Part shown: positions 25,640-37,854 of the stretch, piece by piece
How positions within the stretch are numbered: the stretch's first letter is position 1
How the letters are laid out: each line of letters opens with the position of its first letter
NCBI GenBank assembly: GCA_017654855.1
Contig: CM030338.1
Coordinates: 2,108,001 to 2,172,000 of the forward strand
Source: Podospora anserina
Taxonomy: Eukaryota
Reading direction: 5' to 3'
DNA length: 64,000 nucleotides
Program-made: the position numbers and the translations under genes
Notes under the pieces: generated by a model
The model's database searches: none
What the model was told of the DNA's origin: nothing
The model's input: only the letters and a program-made list of their open reading frames with translations

Positions 25640-26809
25640 TTATCTCCCCCCTAAAGCCGCTTCCTCCTGCTCTCCCCGCTGCTTATTTCTCAAAACACCT
25701 TGTCCCCCCCCCGCCCCACCTCCAGGAGCAGGAGCATCAGCCTGCCTCCTCCGGTCACCGATTACGCCCCAGGCCGGAGCTAGACGTGAAGGAGGACAAC
25801 CAGTCGTTCTAGGAGGAATATATTCTGGTTCAACAGGTGTACTCTGCACAGCAGGGGTGAATCCGGGGGGGTAAGGCTGTTGTCCAAAAATTGCAGCATT
25901 GTTCGCGGCGGTAGTAGTCGATGGAATATTTTGCTGAGATGTCGGGGGGTTGTATGCGGGAGTAGCAGGATTAAATGCGGGGGTAGAAGGATATGAGGCG
26001 GTAGAAGGATATGAGGTGGTAGAATGATATGAGGGGTAAGAGGGATATGAGGTGGTAGAAGGATATGAGGTGGCAGAAGGAGAAGATACAGGAACAGTAG
26101 CCCCCGGAAAGCGCGGTTGTCCAGGGGTTGCAGTACCTCGCGCGGGAACAGCAGCCCATTGAGGATCGATCTGAGACGGATTAAGCTGACATCCTATTCC
26201 AGCGTATGCTCTCGTCAGATTTGGCCGACCAGCGACACCACCACCACGACCATGAGATACAGTAATAGTACCCCCTGGAAAGTGTCCTTTTCCAGGGTTT
26301 GGGCGAGCTTGCGCGGTGCGAGCCTCAAAATGAGCAACGAGCTCATCGACCTCACCAAATTGGTGGGCAAAAGATTTGTCCTCCTCTAATTCTTCAGCGC
26401 CGTAGTGCCGGTATGTATTCATTTGATTTGGCCGACCAGGACCACCACCACCTCGACCATCTCCCTGAACAGGAGCAGGGGTAGGAGCAGGGGTAGGAGC
26501 AGGAGTAGGAGGAGGAGCAGGAAAAGGGTTATCCTTCACAGGCCAAGGTCGATCTGGAGGCAGTCCACCACCTCGAAGACGAAGTTCAGCGCTATCGCTC
26601 TAGACAGCAGAGCCTCCCGTGTCGGCAGACATATCATCATGATCCGTCATAATCGGTACAGTGATACAAGTAGAAAAGGCATCGCGTGAAAGAGAAGAAA
26701 AAACGCCATCCGTATGAACATTAATAGACTTGACATTGACGCTCGAATCGATATCCACCTCGTCCTCGACTGCTTTTTCGTTGTCGTCGACTGGATCCAC
26801 GCTCGAGCT
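25640..26809 (-). other. Cryptic in-frame extension of CAF1 (or a separate premature-stop gene starting at ATG 26650), interrupted by one TAG and containing LRLRGG
   Basis: Same frame as CAF1: 69 codons (26809-26603), TAG (26600-26602), then 319 codons SDSAELRLRGGGLPPDRPW...AALGGR to TAA at 25640. Confidence 0.7.
25960..26085 (-). repeat. Coding minisatellite (~18-nt unit) giving TSYPST/SYHST repeats followed by TPAFN/TPAYN
   Basis: Plus strand has repeated ggtagaaggatatgagg units. Translation: SATSYPSTTSYPSYPSYHSTTSYPSTASYPSTPAFNPATPAYNPP. Confidence 0.85.
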
Positions 26810-28540
26810 CTATCTAGCGCTGTTGGTATTTCCGCCACCAAAAGCAAACGCCCCAAATACTCCTCCTCCCCCTCCAGGTGTCATTGGACCCATGCCTCCA
26901 CCCACGCTCTGGGCGGCATTTCCGCCAGAAGACCCGGCAGCAGCATTGTTACTGTTTGACTGGTTGTTCACACCATTGGTTTGATGGGATGCTGGGGCCG
27001 GCGTGGTGTTGTTGGCTAGTCCAACATTGTTTGTGTTGGGCGTGCTTGGGGTAGCACCATTCGCAGCTGAGCCATCGGCATTGTTGCTCTTGTTGGCCGT
27101 GGACTGCTGTTGCCCGCTGTTGAACTGCTGCGCACCGATGGAATAGTCTGGCACACCCAATCCCCACACTTTGCCCAGATGTTCTTCCGGAATGTGGCCG
27201 TTGAAGATGCGCTTTCGCAACTCAAAGAATACTCGCCCAGTGAGCAAGCTGTCCGACCCAGCCTGGTGGGCGCTGCCTACTCGCTTGATCTTGAGTGTCT
27301 CGGCAATGTGTTCGAGGCCGGCCTTCTGCTCGAACTTTGTCAGAATATCGACCACACCAGGGTCCCGGACTTCAAGCTGGCCGCTGTTCTGAAGCTTGAT
27401 GGCATGCTTCATCAGGTGCTTCACATCATACGTGGCAGGAAACCACCTCTTCATCTCCTCGTCAAAGTCGCCCTCGTCGCCGGGAAGGTTCTTGGGCATC
27501 AAGAGCTTGGTCAGGTAACCGAAGTCATATCCGCCGTGAAAGCTGATCCAATATACATCATCCTCAAGAACCAGGCCAGATGGTATCAAGAGCGCAGCGA
27601 ACTTGAAAGGATCGATGCCGTCCTGCTCCATTCGCTTAAAATCGATACCGGCATGCTGGAGTGATTCAATCGAGGTCTCGTTGTACATGTCGTCCTCAAG
27701 AGAGAATTTGAAGTTGAATTGCCAGGCGAAAGGCAGTGGCGCTTGAGTGCCTGTCCTCCTAGGGTTTGACCATTGGGACGATGGGTCTACAGAAGTTGGT
27801 TGTTCACCATCCTCGTTGAAAAGCGCGATTCCGATCTGAATAACGCTGAGCATATCGACGTTTGTCCGCAGGCATTGGTAATGGTAATCGCTTTTCCCCC
27901 TAAATCCGCCCATTGGCCTCGATACAACACCCGGAAATTCCGTGTCCTATCATGGCAGCGCCTTCAGTTAGCACAGGCTCAGAAGCACCTTCGGAGGGCC
28001 TTGGTCACCTACCATAGCCACATATTTATGTGTCTGTATCAGATCTCGTAGAATCTCAAACTCCTCCTCCAGATTGTGCTTCCACACCTCCCGTATCCTT
28101 CCCTTGTTCTGGGCCGCCCGCGTTGTGTGTTCCAAGGCATGGCTTTGTTGTGGAGTGTGTTGGGCAGGATGGAGAGCGGGGTGTTGGCCATGTTGCTGTG
28201 CCTGCAGGTGTTGCTGCTGCTGCTGCAGAACCTGTTGCTGTTGAGCTTGCGCCTGCTGCATTGCCCCGCTATGGAAGCCCATTCGCGCGGCATGGCTTGC
28301 GAGGCCGGTTTCGGCATTGAAGCCGCCAGCAGCGGCACCCATTCCACCGGCAAGGCCCATCAGGTTGCTGGTCGCTCCAAAAGGATTGCCAGCGGCAGAC
28401 AGTTGGTTGAGATAAGCAGGGTTTCCACCCAGTGGCGGTGGGTGGCCCGAGGTTTGAGGTGCGTGTGTCTGATATTGCTGCTGATGGTACATGGTGTTCG
28501 GCCCGCCTTGAAAGCGGTTCATGTTGTTTGGCGGGGGCAT
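26810..28540 (-). CDS. CAF1: CCR4-NOT complex deadenylase Caf1/Pop2 (DEDD nuclease)
   Basis: Exon 28540-28013 (Q-rich N-terminus, IREVWKHNLEEEF...YVAM), intron 27947-28012 (GTAGGT...CTAAC...TAG), exon 27946-26810 (DTEFPGVVSRP, YQCLRTNVDML, WISFHGGYDFGYL, HQAGSDSLLT). 554 aa to the TAG. Confidence 0.96.
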
Positions 28541-29145
28541 CTTCACACTGGATCCAGGAGGCAGATCAGAGATGGAGAGATTTGGCAGCGGTCGATCGTC
28601 GTTCTCCTTCTTCTTCGCCGACGATACTTGCCTCTCCTAACTCCTTGTAGAGAACGAGGCAGCTGTTGGGAGTCGTAGCGCCGTGAGACCTGGGCAAGAT
28701 TGTTGGTGATTTAAGAAACTATTGGGATATCAAGTCGCGATAACCGAGGGGGTCGTGATTCGGTTTTGGAGAGAGTGGTTGTTTGTTGAACATGAGAAGA
28801 AGAGTTCGACGTGGTTCGGCGGGGGTTTTCTGGGAAATAATCGAGCAAGTGGTTCGGAGAGCGACGTCGTGAGAGGTTGCTGTTTCTGCGCGCTTGGTCA
28901 AGACTGCTCCTTCCATCAGAGGGATCGCACACAGCACAACTGCTGCAAGTGCTGGGTGCACAGACCAACCAGCCTCCCCGTGCTCTCCTGTTCGCGCCTC
29001 CCGCATATGAATGACTAAGCAGTCTTGGCAGTTGCGACCTCAATTCAGTGACATGGACCGAACAGTGGTGATGCTTGGAAGTTCAGTGAGCGAGCTCCCC
29101 TTCTGACGAAGACGACGACGAGGAAATTGTCAACCAACCGCCACC

Positions 29146-29572
29146 ATGTATCCCACAAGGTACTGACCCCTCCAATTGTCCGACATCTTCTCGTTCTTGC
29201 ATGATTAACCTCTGTTTTACCGCACACAGAATACTCCGCTCCGCCCTCCCCCAGCTTGGGGACGAGAAGCCAAACATCACCGGCTTCTCCATGAAGAAGT
29301 TCCTCGCCAATACAAAGAAGCCCCGTTACGACCCCTGGGAGAGAAAGTGTGTTGCACCCGACGTCCATACCCCTCTGTTCCCAATCCATCGCTGACAACG
29401 TCACCAAAACAGTGAGGCTTGGCGATACACCGGCCGCTTCAGCCGATTCAACAGATACAGAAACGCCCTCCCCGGGTTCGGTACTGCCGTCGTCGCTTTC
29501 ACAGCCTACTGCGTCTACGAGCAGCTCTTCTTGAAGAAGGATGAGCGCCACCACGGCGAGGAGCACCACTGA
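29146..29572 (+). CDS. NADH:ubiquinone oxidoreductase B12 subunit (NDUFB3 family)
   Basis: Three small exons, missed by the ORF track, give MYPTRILRSALPQLG...YDPWERNEAWRYTGRFSRFNRYRNALPGFGTAVVAFTAYCVYEQLF...HH. DPW.R.EAWRY followed by a single TM helix is the family signature. Confidence 0.9.
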
Positions 29573-30215
29573 GCGGCACACACGGGGGTTCAGGGGAAGC
29601 ACGAGAGAAAGTGATGTACATAAGCTACGGGCGGAGATCAACTGGGGAAATGACACAGAGAGATAGACAGACTCACTCAACTCAGTTGGAAGGAAGGGAC
29701 GGGAAGGAGGGATCAATAGAGTTGATTAGATGGTCGTCAATCAGCTGCCGTCGGGTGCCGAGCATACATTACAATGACCTTCATTTGAGGATATTCTATT
29801 CACATGGCCAGAAATACCGATACCAGAATAATGACGACACCGGCACAACGCTTCTCGAAGTCCACACAAAACCCACCTGGCCCATAAATTACTCGCGTTG
29901 TCTTGTCATAAACACCAATTACACTCATCAAATTCCCCGCTATGTAAACAAGCACCATGCTCTTCCAAGAGCAACTACTAACCCAGAAATCCTAAGCCAA
30001 AACCGTGCCTCCAATCTTTGGTTTCTGCTGTACTTCCAAATACACCGCTGCTGTTTGTCCCAGAAAAGGCCTCCCTCGTCCTCACAGTTCCGTGGTACCT
30101 GAAACATTACACTCTTTCACCCTTAAAAACAAATCCTGCTCCAAAACGCCATGATGATGCTAATAACTCGGAAACGACACGACAAATTATCCGCAACTTG
30201 GCAGCCCCTCAGATA

Positions 30216-31600
30216 TCAAGTGATGAAAACCTTCTTCAACTCATCCTCCCTAAACTTCTCTCCCGTTACCAGGTCCTTGACTTCTCCCGCGGCTAGCCGT
30301 GACTTTTCCGCATATTCGTCGAGCTGCGCCTTGCCATACACCCTCCCGTTTGGCAGCAGCATCAAGTCATGTTCCAGCAAATGACTCTTGCTGTGATGGG
30401 CATATGGTACGTTACGAGCCAGGGCGTTGAGCTCAGTCGAGCAGATTGGGCAGACGCTCGTTTGTAGACTTGCCGTGCCATGACTTCGTGATTCTTGCTC
30501 CTCGCCTTGCCCCGGGCCCGGCGTAGCTGACTTGTGTGATTTTTGCCCTTGGTGGCTCTGGTTCTGTTGGCTGCTGTGGCAAGCTGGCGTTTTGAGGGCT
30601 GAAAGGCCAGACGACAAAGCAATGAGCAAAAGCGGAAATTGAGGAAGGCCGAGCAGCTTAAGGTGGGCGTCGGTGAACAAATCGGCAAGCTTTTTCCATC
30701 GAGCTGAGCTGTAGAGAGAGGCATAGGGTTCGTGAGGCGTGTCAGCGCGGTAAGCTAATAAGCCAGCGATGTGGCTGACCTCTGTTGGGTAGGTCTTGCT
30801 AAAGGGCATAATGTGCTTCTTGGCATGGTTAATAGCCTCCAGCTTGGGGCAAGAGCTGCGGTTGAGTTCGATGTATTGTTGGCAACGTAGCTCAAACTCG
30901 AGCTTCGACTGCATCTTGCGAAGCTCTTTCTTGTTTTCGTTGCACCAAACGAGTGCCTCCTGCACACTGCCGTTCTCCAGAGACTGCCGGATCTTGCTCA
31001 TGGCAACAAATGTATCGATGTCGACTAGCCCGAGCATGTTTCTCTCCTCGGCAAGGGCGTTGGCGGACTTATTGTAGCCGTGTCGAAGCATGTAGTCGAC
31101 TACCAAGCGGTCAAGACGCTGACGTGACCAGGCTTCGTATTTGACATCTTCGACGGTGTGCACGTCGGATAGCTCTCGAAGGTGTGCGACCCTGGCGGTC
31201 GACTGGCGGTACAAGCGATTTTCCTCTTCGGCATAGGTGCTCAACTTCCTCTTGAGACCGCGCATTCTAGCCAGCATCTGGTCAAGGTTGTTGACGACAT
31301 CTTGTTTGGATGCTTTCTGGTTGATGGAGTTGGTGGCGGTCTCTTTGAGCAGGTCCTTGACAGCATTCGTATCCCACTCGATATGATAGTGCGCCGATCG
31401 GATATTCTTGCGTAGTAGCTCGTATGGAAGTCGGAGGAGGGGTTGGTCCTAGACGTACAACCTTTGTCAGCTGGGCCATCAAGGTTTGATGGGCCGTTTG
31501 GCAGGAAGATGGACCAGAGGGAAGAGAGCCGGCGATGACGTCGTCTTACCAGGAGGAGGTGGTTGTCGTGGTTAATCTTGGAGGCGCCGTGATCGGCCAT
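30216..31600 (-). CDS. FYV10: GID/CTLH E3 ligase subunit Fyv10/Gid9 (MAEA-like)
   Basis: Exon 31600-31550, intron 31449-31549, exon 31448-30216. Contains [15 protein letters not shown], LisH ([15 protein letters not shown]), CTLH ([10 protein letters not shown]), CRA, and a degenerate RING (LKTPAC...CPICSTELN...VPYAHH...LLPNGRVYG). Confidence 0.93.
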
Positions 31601-31616
31601 GGTCTTGTTTGCTTCC

Positions 31617-32899
31617 CACGTGCCTCTCCGGGTATGTGGATATGATGAAGTTGCTGGAAGAGTTGGCAATGAAAATGTGGTTGTGCTTGTCACGAGCAGG
31701 TCGGGAGTTGGGTGTTCGTTGACGGGCTGGGACCGATAAAGACCGATAGGGACATGCCCCACTCATGCGGAGGTATCGCGACGGGCAAATCGGATTGCTG
31801 CCCGTGCGGCAATCAACCCCCGCACAGCAAGCATCTTGATGGATTCACCCGCCTGCATATCTGTATGTGGATATTGATATATCGATGCACGGCGCTGGCT
31901 CCCAGTCGAAGGCGGGATGGGACTGTAGATGCCTGGGCCGTTTTCTGTCATTCCACCACGGCCAACCATTTGGTATGACATGCTCGGCGTTACTACTCCT
32001 CACTTTTCAGCGGGAGAGTGCATTCAGGTTGACGGCCAGGCGGAACTCCCGGCCTGGCTAGCCAACTGTTTGGATTCTTACGACCGAAGTTTGTCAGAAC
32101 GGTGCCCTTGGCGCCTCGTGACGCAAACATCACCCCTCCAAGCCATCAAATCATGTGTCGACCTGTCTCACTTCGCTACCTCCCTCCCGAGCAGTCAGGA
32201 GGGCGTTGCGTAGGATCTGTTGGTTGGAGGGGGTGGAGGGCGTTTCTGCTACACTGCTCTTCCAGCCTTGTCGAGACACAGACAATCTATGTATGCTGCA
32301 CATCTGCATGAATATCTGCCGAGCCTTTGTGACCAAAGGAGGCTGGTGGTCCAAGTATCCTCGAGGCCGAAGGAAGCTGTCAGATGCAGTACCTAGTGGT
32401 GTGGTGTAGTATTCACTGTGTACGTGGTAGGTCAACAGGGGTCGGGCAACACGTGCTTGGATGTGGCAGTGTTGCGATCATGGTTTGATTCCGAACAAGA
32501 AGGTTGTCAGTCCTGGTGAACTCGAGGGGCAGCCCACCATTCATCCAAACTGGGAGGGAATTATACAACACGAAACAACAAACGGCTGCTTTGTCGACGA
32601 TAGGTAGGCAACCCCGCACCTCACTGGTTGCCTTGGTAGCCTTGTCCGTTCTGTTCTGCAGCTCCATCAGTGTGTGTGCGTGTCTGGTGTACACGTGCAA
32701 ATTAGAAACATCAAGGTGGGGGGTCGAAGGACTCTAAAAGAAGGTGGTGGGTGGGAAGTCACGAAGCTACGGCCAGGTGCTGATCGAGGGGTTGAATCTC
32801 GGTCGGGAGTAGGAAATGGGTGTGGGTGGTGGTCCGTGCACGCGTCGCGCCCGCCGGCTCTCGAAAACCCTCCACCCCCCGGAGCTGAATGTTCACGTG
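31617..32899. promoter_or_regulatory. Cluster of CACGTG E-boxes in the FYV10/CBF1 divergent region
   Basis: CACGTG at 31617-31622, 32450-32455, 32692-32697 and 32894-32899 (TCACGTG). Confidence 0.45.
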
Positions 32900-33748
32900 G
32901 TTTCGTCTTCTGTCCCCCATCTCCCATCAAGTCCTCGACGAGGAAATATCAACGCCCTCGCACTCCAAGTCGACAGAAATAACTATTCTCCTTGCTGGTA
33001 CGATCTTGTTGATTTCCATCTCCTTCGTTGTATATCGACTTTCTGCGTCGACTGTGGATCCGAGACTGACTATTCGCAGTCTCTCGTCACGGTCACGTTT
33101 TCGGGCACGTTCTCCCAACCTTCATCAGGTGACCTCGACTTAGAACCTGGCAAACCCGACCGGTAAGGAGGCATTTCATCTCTTCAAGGGACAATCCAAC
33201 ATCAAGAATACCAAAACAACTCGCCTTTGCTCGAGACCCTCCTGCCACTGCCGCAGCACCTGCCCGCAACCCCTTACAATTTGCAGCATGCGCAAACGCT
33301 GGCGCAATGCCCATCTCTCCTTGTTCCTATCCAACAGTCAAGTGGCCGGACAAGGCAGGCTCCAGTATCTACCTGCGCTGGGCAGCCCCTAGTTTCTGTA
33401 GACACCAATAGCATCCTCCAACGATGAATAGAGAGCCTTGCATCAAGCTGCCTTTGGCAGCAAGGCCTCGAAGCCAGCTCTCGAGGTTGCGCACTTGCGC
33501 CATCCGAGGAGGCTGGGTTCTTTCACTCATAAGGCGACCCTCCAAGCAAGTGCTTGTTGCTTCGCTGATACCCCCAACCAAGAACCACACCGACCAACTA
33601 TCTTGGGACTTCACCTAGCTCCCCTCATCAGCCTAGCTTCTCTTCATTGCCTCTTGCACAATCATATTTGCCGATGTGACTCCTCAACCTGAACCTGGTT
33701 TGGCCACTAATATGATACCAGGACTAAGCCATCCTGCAAGTTCCCGTT

Positions 33749-34764
33749 ATGGCCGCGACAGTAGGAATCGAGCAACAACACACTGATCTCAGCGAGATCA
33801 CTACTTCTCCTGGTCACAAGCGGAAGCGGAATACCGAGTCGATATCTCCAGACTCGCGCCGTAGCAAACGACCAGCACCGCCTGCCACCATGAATGTCAC
33901 CGACTCGGAGGCTCAGGCCTTCCTCGAGAACACGGCGGTGAGCATCGCCCAAGCCGCACACGACCAGGTCAATGTGGATGACTTCAGTGTGCTCGCTCAA
34001 GCGACTGCAGATCATGCCGAAGAGCCCGGCGATGCCAACAATGCTACTAGCACTGCTGCTGCCGCTCTGAACATGTACCCTTCTCTGCATGTTCCGCAAC
34101 CCACGGAAGAAACCTTTGTCAACCAGCAGACTTCGGAACCTCAGCATGACGAGAATGCCTTCAACATGTCCGGCCCCCACCCGGATGGCCTTCCCGCTAT
34201 GCCACGCGCGGTAAACATGCACCCACAGTTGCAGAACGGTGTCCAGCAGGTGCAGCAAGTACAACAGGTTCAACAGGTTCCGCAGGAGCAGCGCTACACT
34301 CCTGCCTCCAACCCCAAGCCGGCCGTCGGATCAGAAGAATGGCACAAGATGCGTAAGGACAATCATAAAGAAGGTTGGTTATTCTTATTTTTTTTTATGG
34401 TGGATGTGTGGAAGTTGCGGGTGTTGACGCTTGTTTAGTGGAACGTCGCCGTCGTGAGACGATCAACGAGGGCATCAACGAGCTGGCCAAGATTGTGCCC
34501 GGATGCGAAAAGAATAAGGGCTCTATCCTTCAACGGGCAGTCTCATTCATCACCCAGCTCAAAGAGAACGAAACTCAAAACATTGAGAAATGGACTCTGG
34601 AGAAGCTGCTCACAGAACAGGCCATCGCCGAGCTCAGCCAGTCGAACGATAAGCTCAAGTTTGAACTCGACCGCGCCCTTCGGGAACTGGAATTATGGAA
34701 GAGCGTAGCACAAAATGCCGGTCTCAAGATTCCACAGAATGACGAACGCAACGCCAGCAGTTAG
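33749..34764 (+). CDS. CBF1: bHLH-ZIP transcription factor, Cbf1-like
   Basis: Exons 33749-34373 and 34439-34764, intron 34374-34438. Contains KPAVGSEEWHKMRKDNHKEVERRRRETINEGINELAKIVPGCEKNKGSILQRA...NIEKWTLEKLLTEQAI. Confidence 0.92.
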
Positions 34765-36272
34765 GAGGAGACTGGCGACAATCCCACTCTGGACGGAGAC
34801 TATCAGCTCTCCACGAGGGCGGATCCGGGCTTTCTTCATGACTGAATAAAATCTCGGTCAAACTTTGTTATATGATTTTTGAGGGTATACCCTGGTGTCC
34901 CAACACCCTTTTTTTCTCTTTGTTGGAATTGTATGGATAAGGCTTTATTTCTTCACTTTCTTGTTTTATGCGCTTCATCATTGCGTTAGGGGACATGTTT
35001 ACCGCGCGTTGGAGCTGGAGTGGTTCTAGTCAACCCGCTGGCAGGCAGTGGACATATCAGGGGGTTGGTGATTACATGGCGTTGAGGGCCGGTCGTTGTT
35101 GTTGGTGCTGTGAGCAGCGGAATGTATTGCTTTGGAGGGGCAAAGACCCCATACACTGTATTTGAGATTGTTGGTAATATCGGAACGAGTCTTGATTTTT
35201 CAGAAGCCGGTGTGGGTGTACAGGTTGCATTCCAAGCTGTGAATGAATGGTGGTTTGCGTCGGAAAGTCTCAGTCTGGCAAACCGAGCACCAGGAGAAGA
35301 GGGACGGCATTCGTCGGCGTTGATTTGTTGTTGAAGTTTGGGTGTGTGTGGCAAAGCTGCAGTGTGTTTTCGTTAGTATCAGATCATTTGTATCCATGTG
35401 TCTTATAGCAACTGGTCTCGAAAGACGTGAGATGGCCGTGAGTGTGCAGGTGACCCGAGCTCTGGACCGCGACCCCTGAAGGTGTGGGGTGAGGAGGGGT
35501 GAGGGGCGGGCTGCACCCCGCTGCGGTGTAAGTGGTCTAAGGCGTGCTGGGCACGATGCTTATCACCATCCAGCTTGGTAGAATTGGGAAGCTGCGTCAT
35601 CTTTCGGCGGGTACAGAACCGGCCATGCTGTCCACAGCTCTCCACGGAGTGGTTGGATACGACGGCATGGAGATGTCGGATCCACGGGGAGGTCCCGATG
35701 TCGCAGTCCGGACGGCTGTTTGAGCTCGCAACAGCTAGAGCTCGCAACAGCTCGATATCGTAACTGCATGGTTATCTGGAGGGGCACCACAGATAAGTGA
35801 TGGCCGGAATCTGTGTACAGAGTAGGGAAATATATGAGCACTGCAATTATAAAGAGGAACGCCCAATGACTAACAAACAACCGAACGTGTTACTTCTTTG
35901 ATACCTTATTAGGAATTATACTGACGTAAGGGCCCGTTGCTGAGACGGATCGACCCAAGAGCTTCCCCGCTCCTTCCCCAAGCTCTCTCTCCTCTCTCCC
36001 TAAGACTAACACTCCAAATCTCCAACTTTTGTTAGTTCCCTTTCAGATCCTGGACCCGATTCGACCAGATATAAGCCGGTGATATCCTTTTATATTTTCG
36101 GAAGGGACCTTGTTTGTGGCGTTCCTTCCTTTCTCCCGTCTGCACCTCTCGACATCAGGAGGGTGGGAGTCACAGCTTTTTGGCATACTCAACAATATCG
36201 CACTTACATCCAGGGAGGGTGACATTGAGTTTCTCATCGTCATTGAGAGAAAGCATATAAAAGGTCACCATC

Positions 36273-37854
36273 ATGATGACATCCAGAGCCCTGAGGGGGC
36301 GCAGCTCTCTTCTGCGGTCTGTTCCGTCTTCCGCTACCAGAGCTGCTGTTCCTCTCGAGGCCCGTCGCCGGTTCTCTTGCTCTACCCGCAAGATGTCCTC
36401 TTTCTACTCATCATGGGAGCCTGAGGGTCCCTCGGTCAAGACTGAGATCCCCGGCCCCAAGGCCAAAGCCGAGATTGCCGAGCTCAACGAGGTGTTTGAC
36501 ACCCGCAGCTTGAACATGCTGACGGACTACTACAAGAGCGCGGGTAACTACATTGCCGACCCAGATGGAAACATCTTGCTGGATGTGTAAGTCACCTCTC
36601 TCCCTATCTCCCAACCCAACTCTAACCCGGGCATTCAGCTACGCTCAAATCGCCTCCATCCCCGTAGGCTACAACAACCCGTCCCTCATCAAAGCAGCCC
36701 AATCCCCCCAAATGATCCAAGGCCTCATCAACCGCCCCGCCCTAGGCAACTTCCCCCCTCACGACTGGGCCGACGTGCTCAAAGCAGGCATCTTGAAAGT
36801 AGCCCCCAAAGGCCTCAACCAAGTCTTCACCGCCATGGCAGGCTCCGACGCAAACGAGACCGCCTACAAGGCAGCGTTCATGTACCGCCGCCAGCAAGAG
36901 CGCGGCGGCGCCCACGTCGAGTTCACAGAGGAGGAGATCTCTTCCGCCATGCTGAACCAATCCCCCGGCGCCTCGCAGAACCTCTCCATCTTGTCCTTCA
37001 AGACCGGTTTCCACGGCAGATTGTTTGGGTCCCTCTCCACAACGAGATCAAAACCAATCCACAAGCTCGACATCCCCGCCTTTGACTGGCCGCAGGCGAC
37101 GTTTCCCAAGTTGAAGTACCCGCTTGATCAGCACGTCAAGGAGAATGAGGCGGCGGAGAAGGCCGCGCTGGAGGAGGTGGAGCACCTGATCAAGAACTAC
37201 CACGTCCCCCCTTGCGCGGTGGTGGTTGAGCCGATCCAGTCTGAAGGAGGGGATAACCACGCCTCGCCTGCGTTTTTCCGCGGTTTGAGGGAGATTACCA
37301 AGAGAAACAATGTTTTGCTGATTGTGGACGAAGTCCAGACTGGCGTGGGAGCAACGGGCAAGTTTTGGGCGCACGAACACTGGGATTTGCCGACGCCTCC
37401 GGATATGGTTACCTTTAGCAAGAAGGCGCAGACGGCGGGGTATTACTTTGGGAATCCGGAGCTGAGGCCGAACAAGCCGTATAGGCAGTTTAATACTTGG
37501 ATGGGGGATCCGGCGAGGGCGTTGCTTTTCAAGGGGATCATTGAGGAGATTGAAAAGTTTGGGCTGGTGGAGCGGACGGCAAAGGTGGGGGAGTATCTTT
37601 ATGGGAAGCTGGAGTGGTTGGGGGAGAAGTATCCGGGGCAGGTGGAGAATCTGAGGGGAAAGGGGATGGGGACGTTTATTGCGTTTGATAGCCCGAAGAG
37701 GGATGAGTTTTTGAAGAGGGCGAAGGGGGAGGGGGTGAATATTGGGGGGAGCGGGGAGCGGGCGGTGAGGTTGAGGCCGATGTTGGTGTTTGAGGAGAAG
37801 CATGCTGATCAGTTGGTTGAGGCGCTGGAGAGGGTGATTAAGAGTCTGCAGTAG
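36273..37854 (+). CDS. UGA1: 4-aminobutyrate (GABA) aminotransferase, class III PLP enzyme with a mitochondrial-type presequence
   Basis: Exons 36273-36586 and 36639-37854. Arg/Ser-rich N-terminus; motifs LDVYAQIASIPVGYN, GSDANETAYKAAF, FHGR, EPIQSEGGD, DEVQTG and TFSKK (PLP lysine). Confidence 0.96.

Noticed and set aside
25520-25642. Gly/Thr/Ala-rich open frame continuing past the TAA-TGA that ends the CAF1 extension
   Set aside because: Would require recoding of tandem TAA and TGA codons; no support from sequence alone.
35722-35752. GAGCTCGCAACAGCT direct repeat (two copies); similar short duplication at about 17538-17601
   Set aside because: Simple local tandem duplications; no spacer structure, so not CRISPR-like and not element termini.
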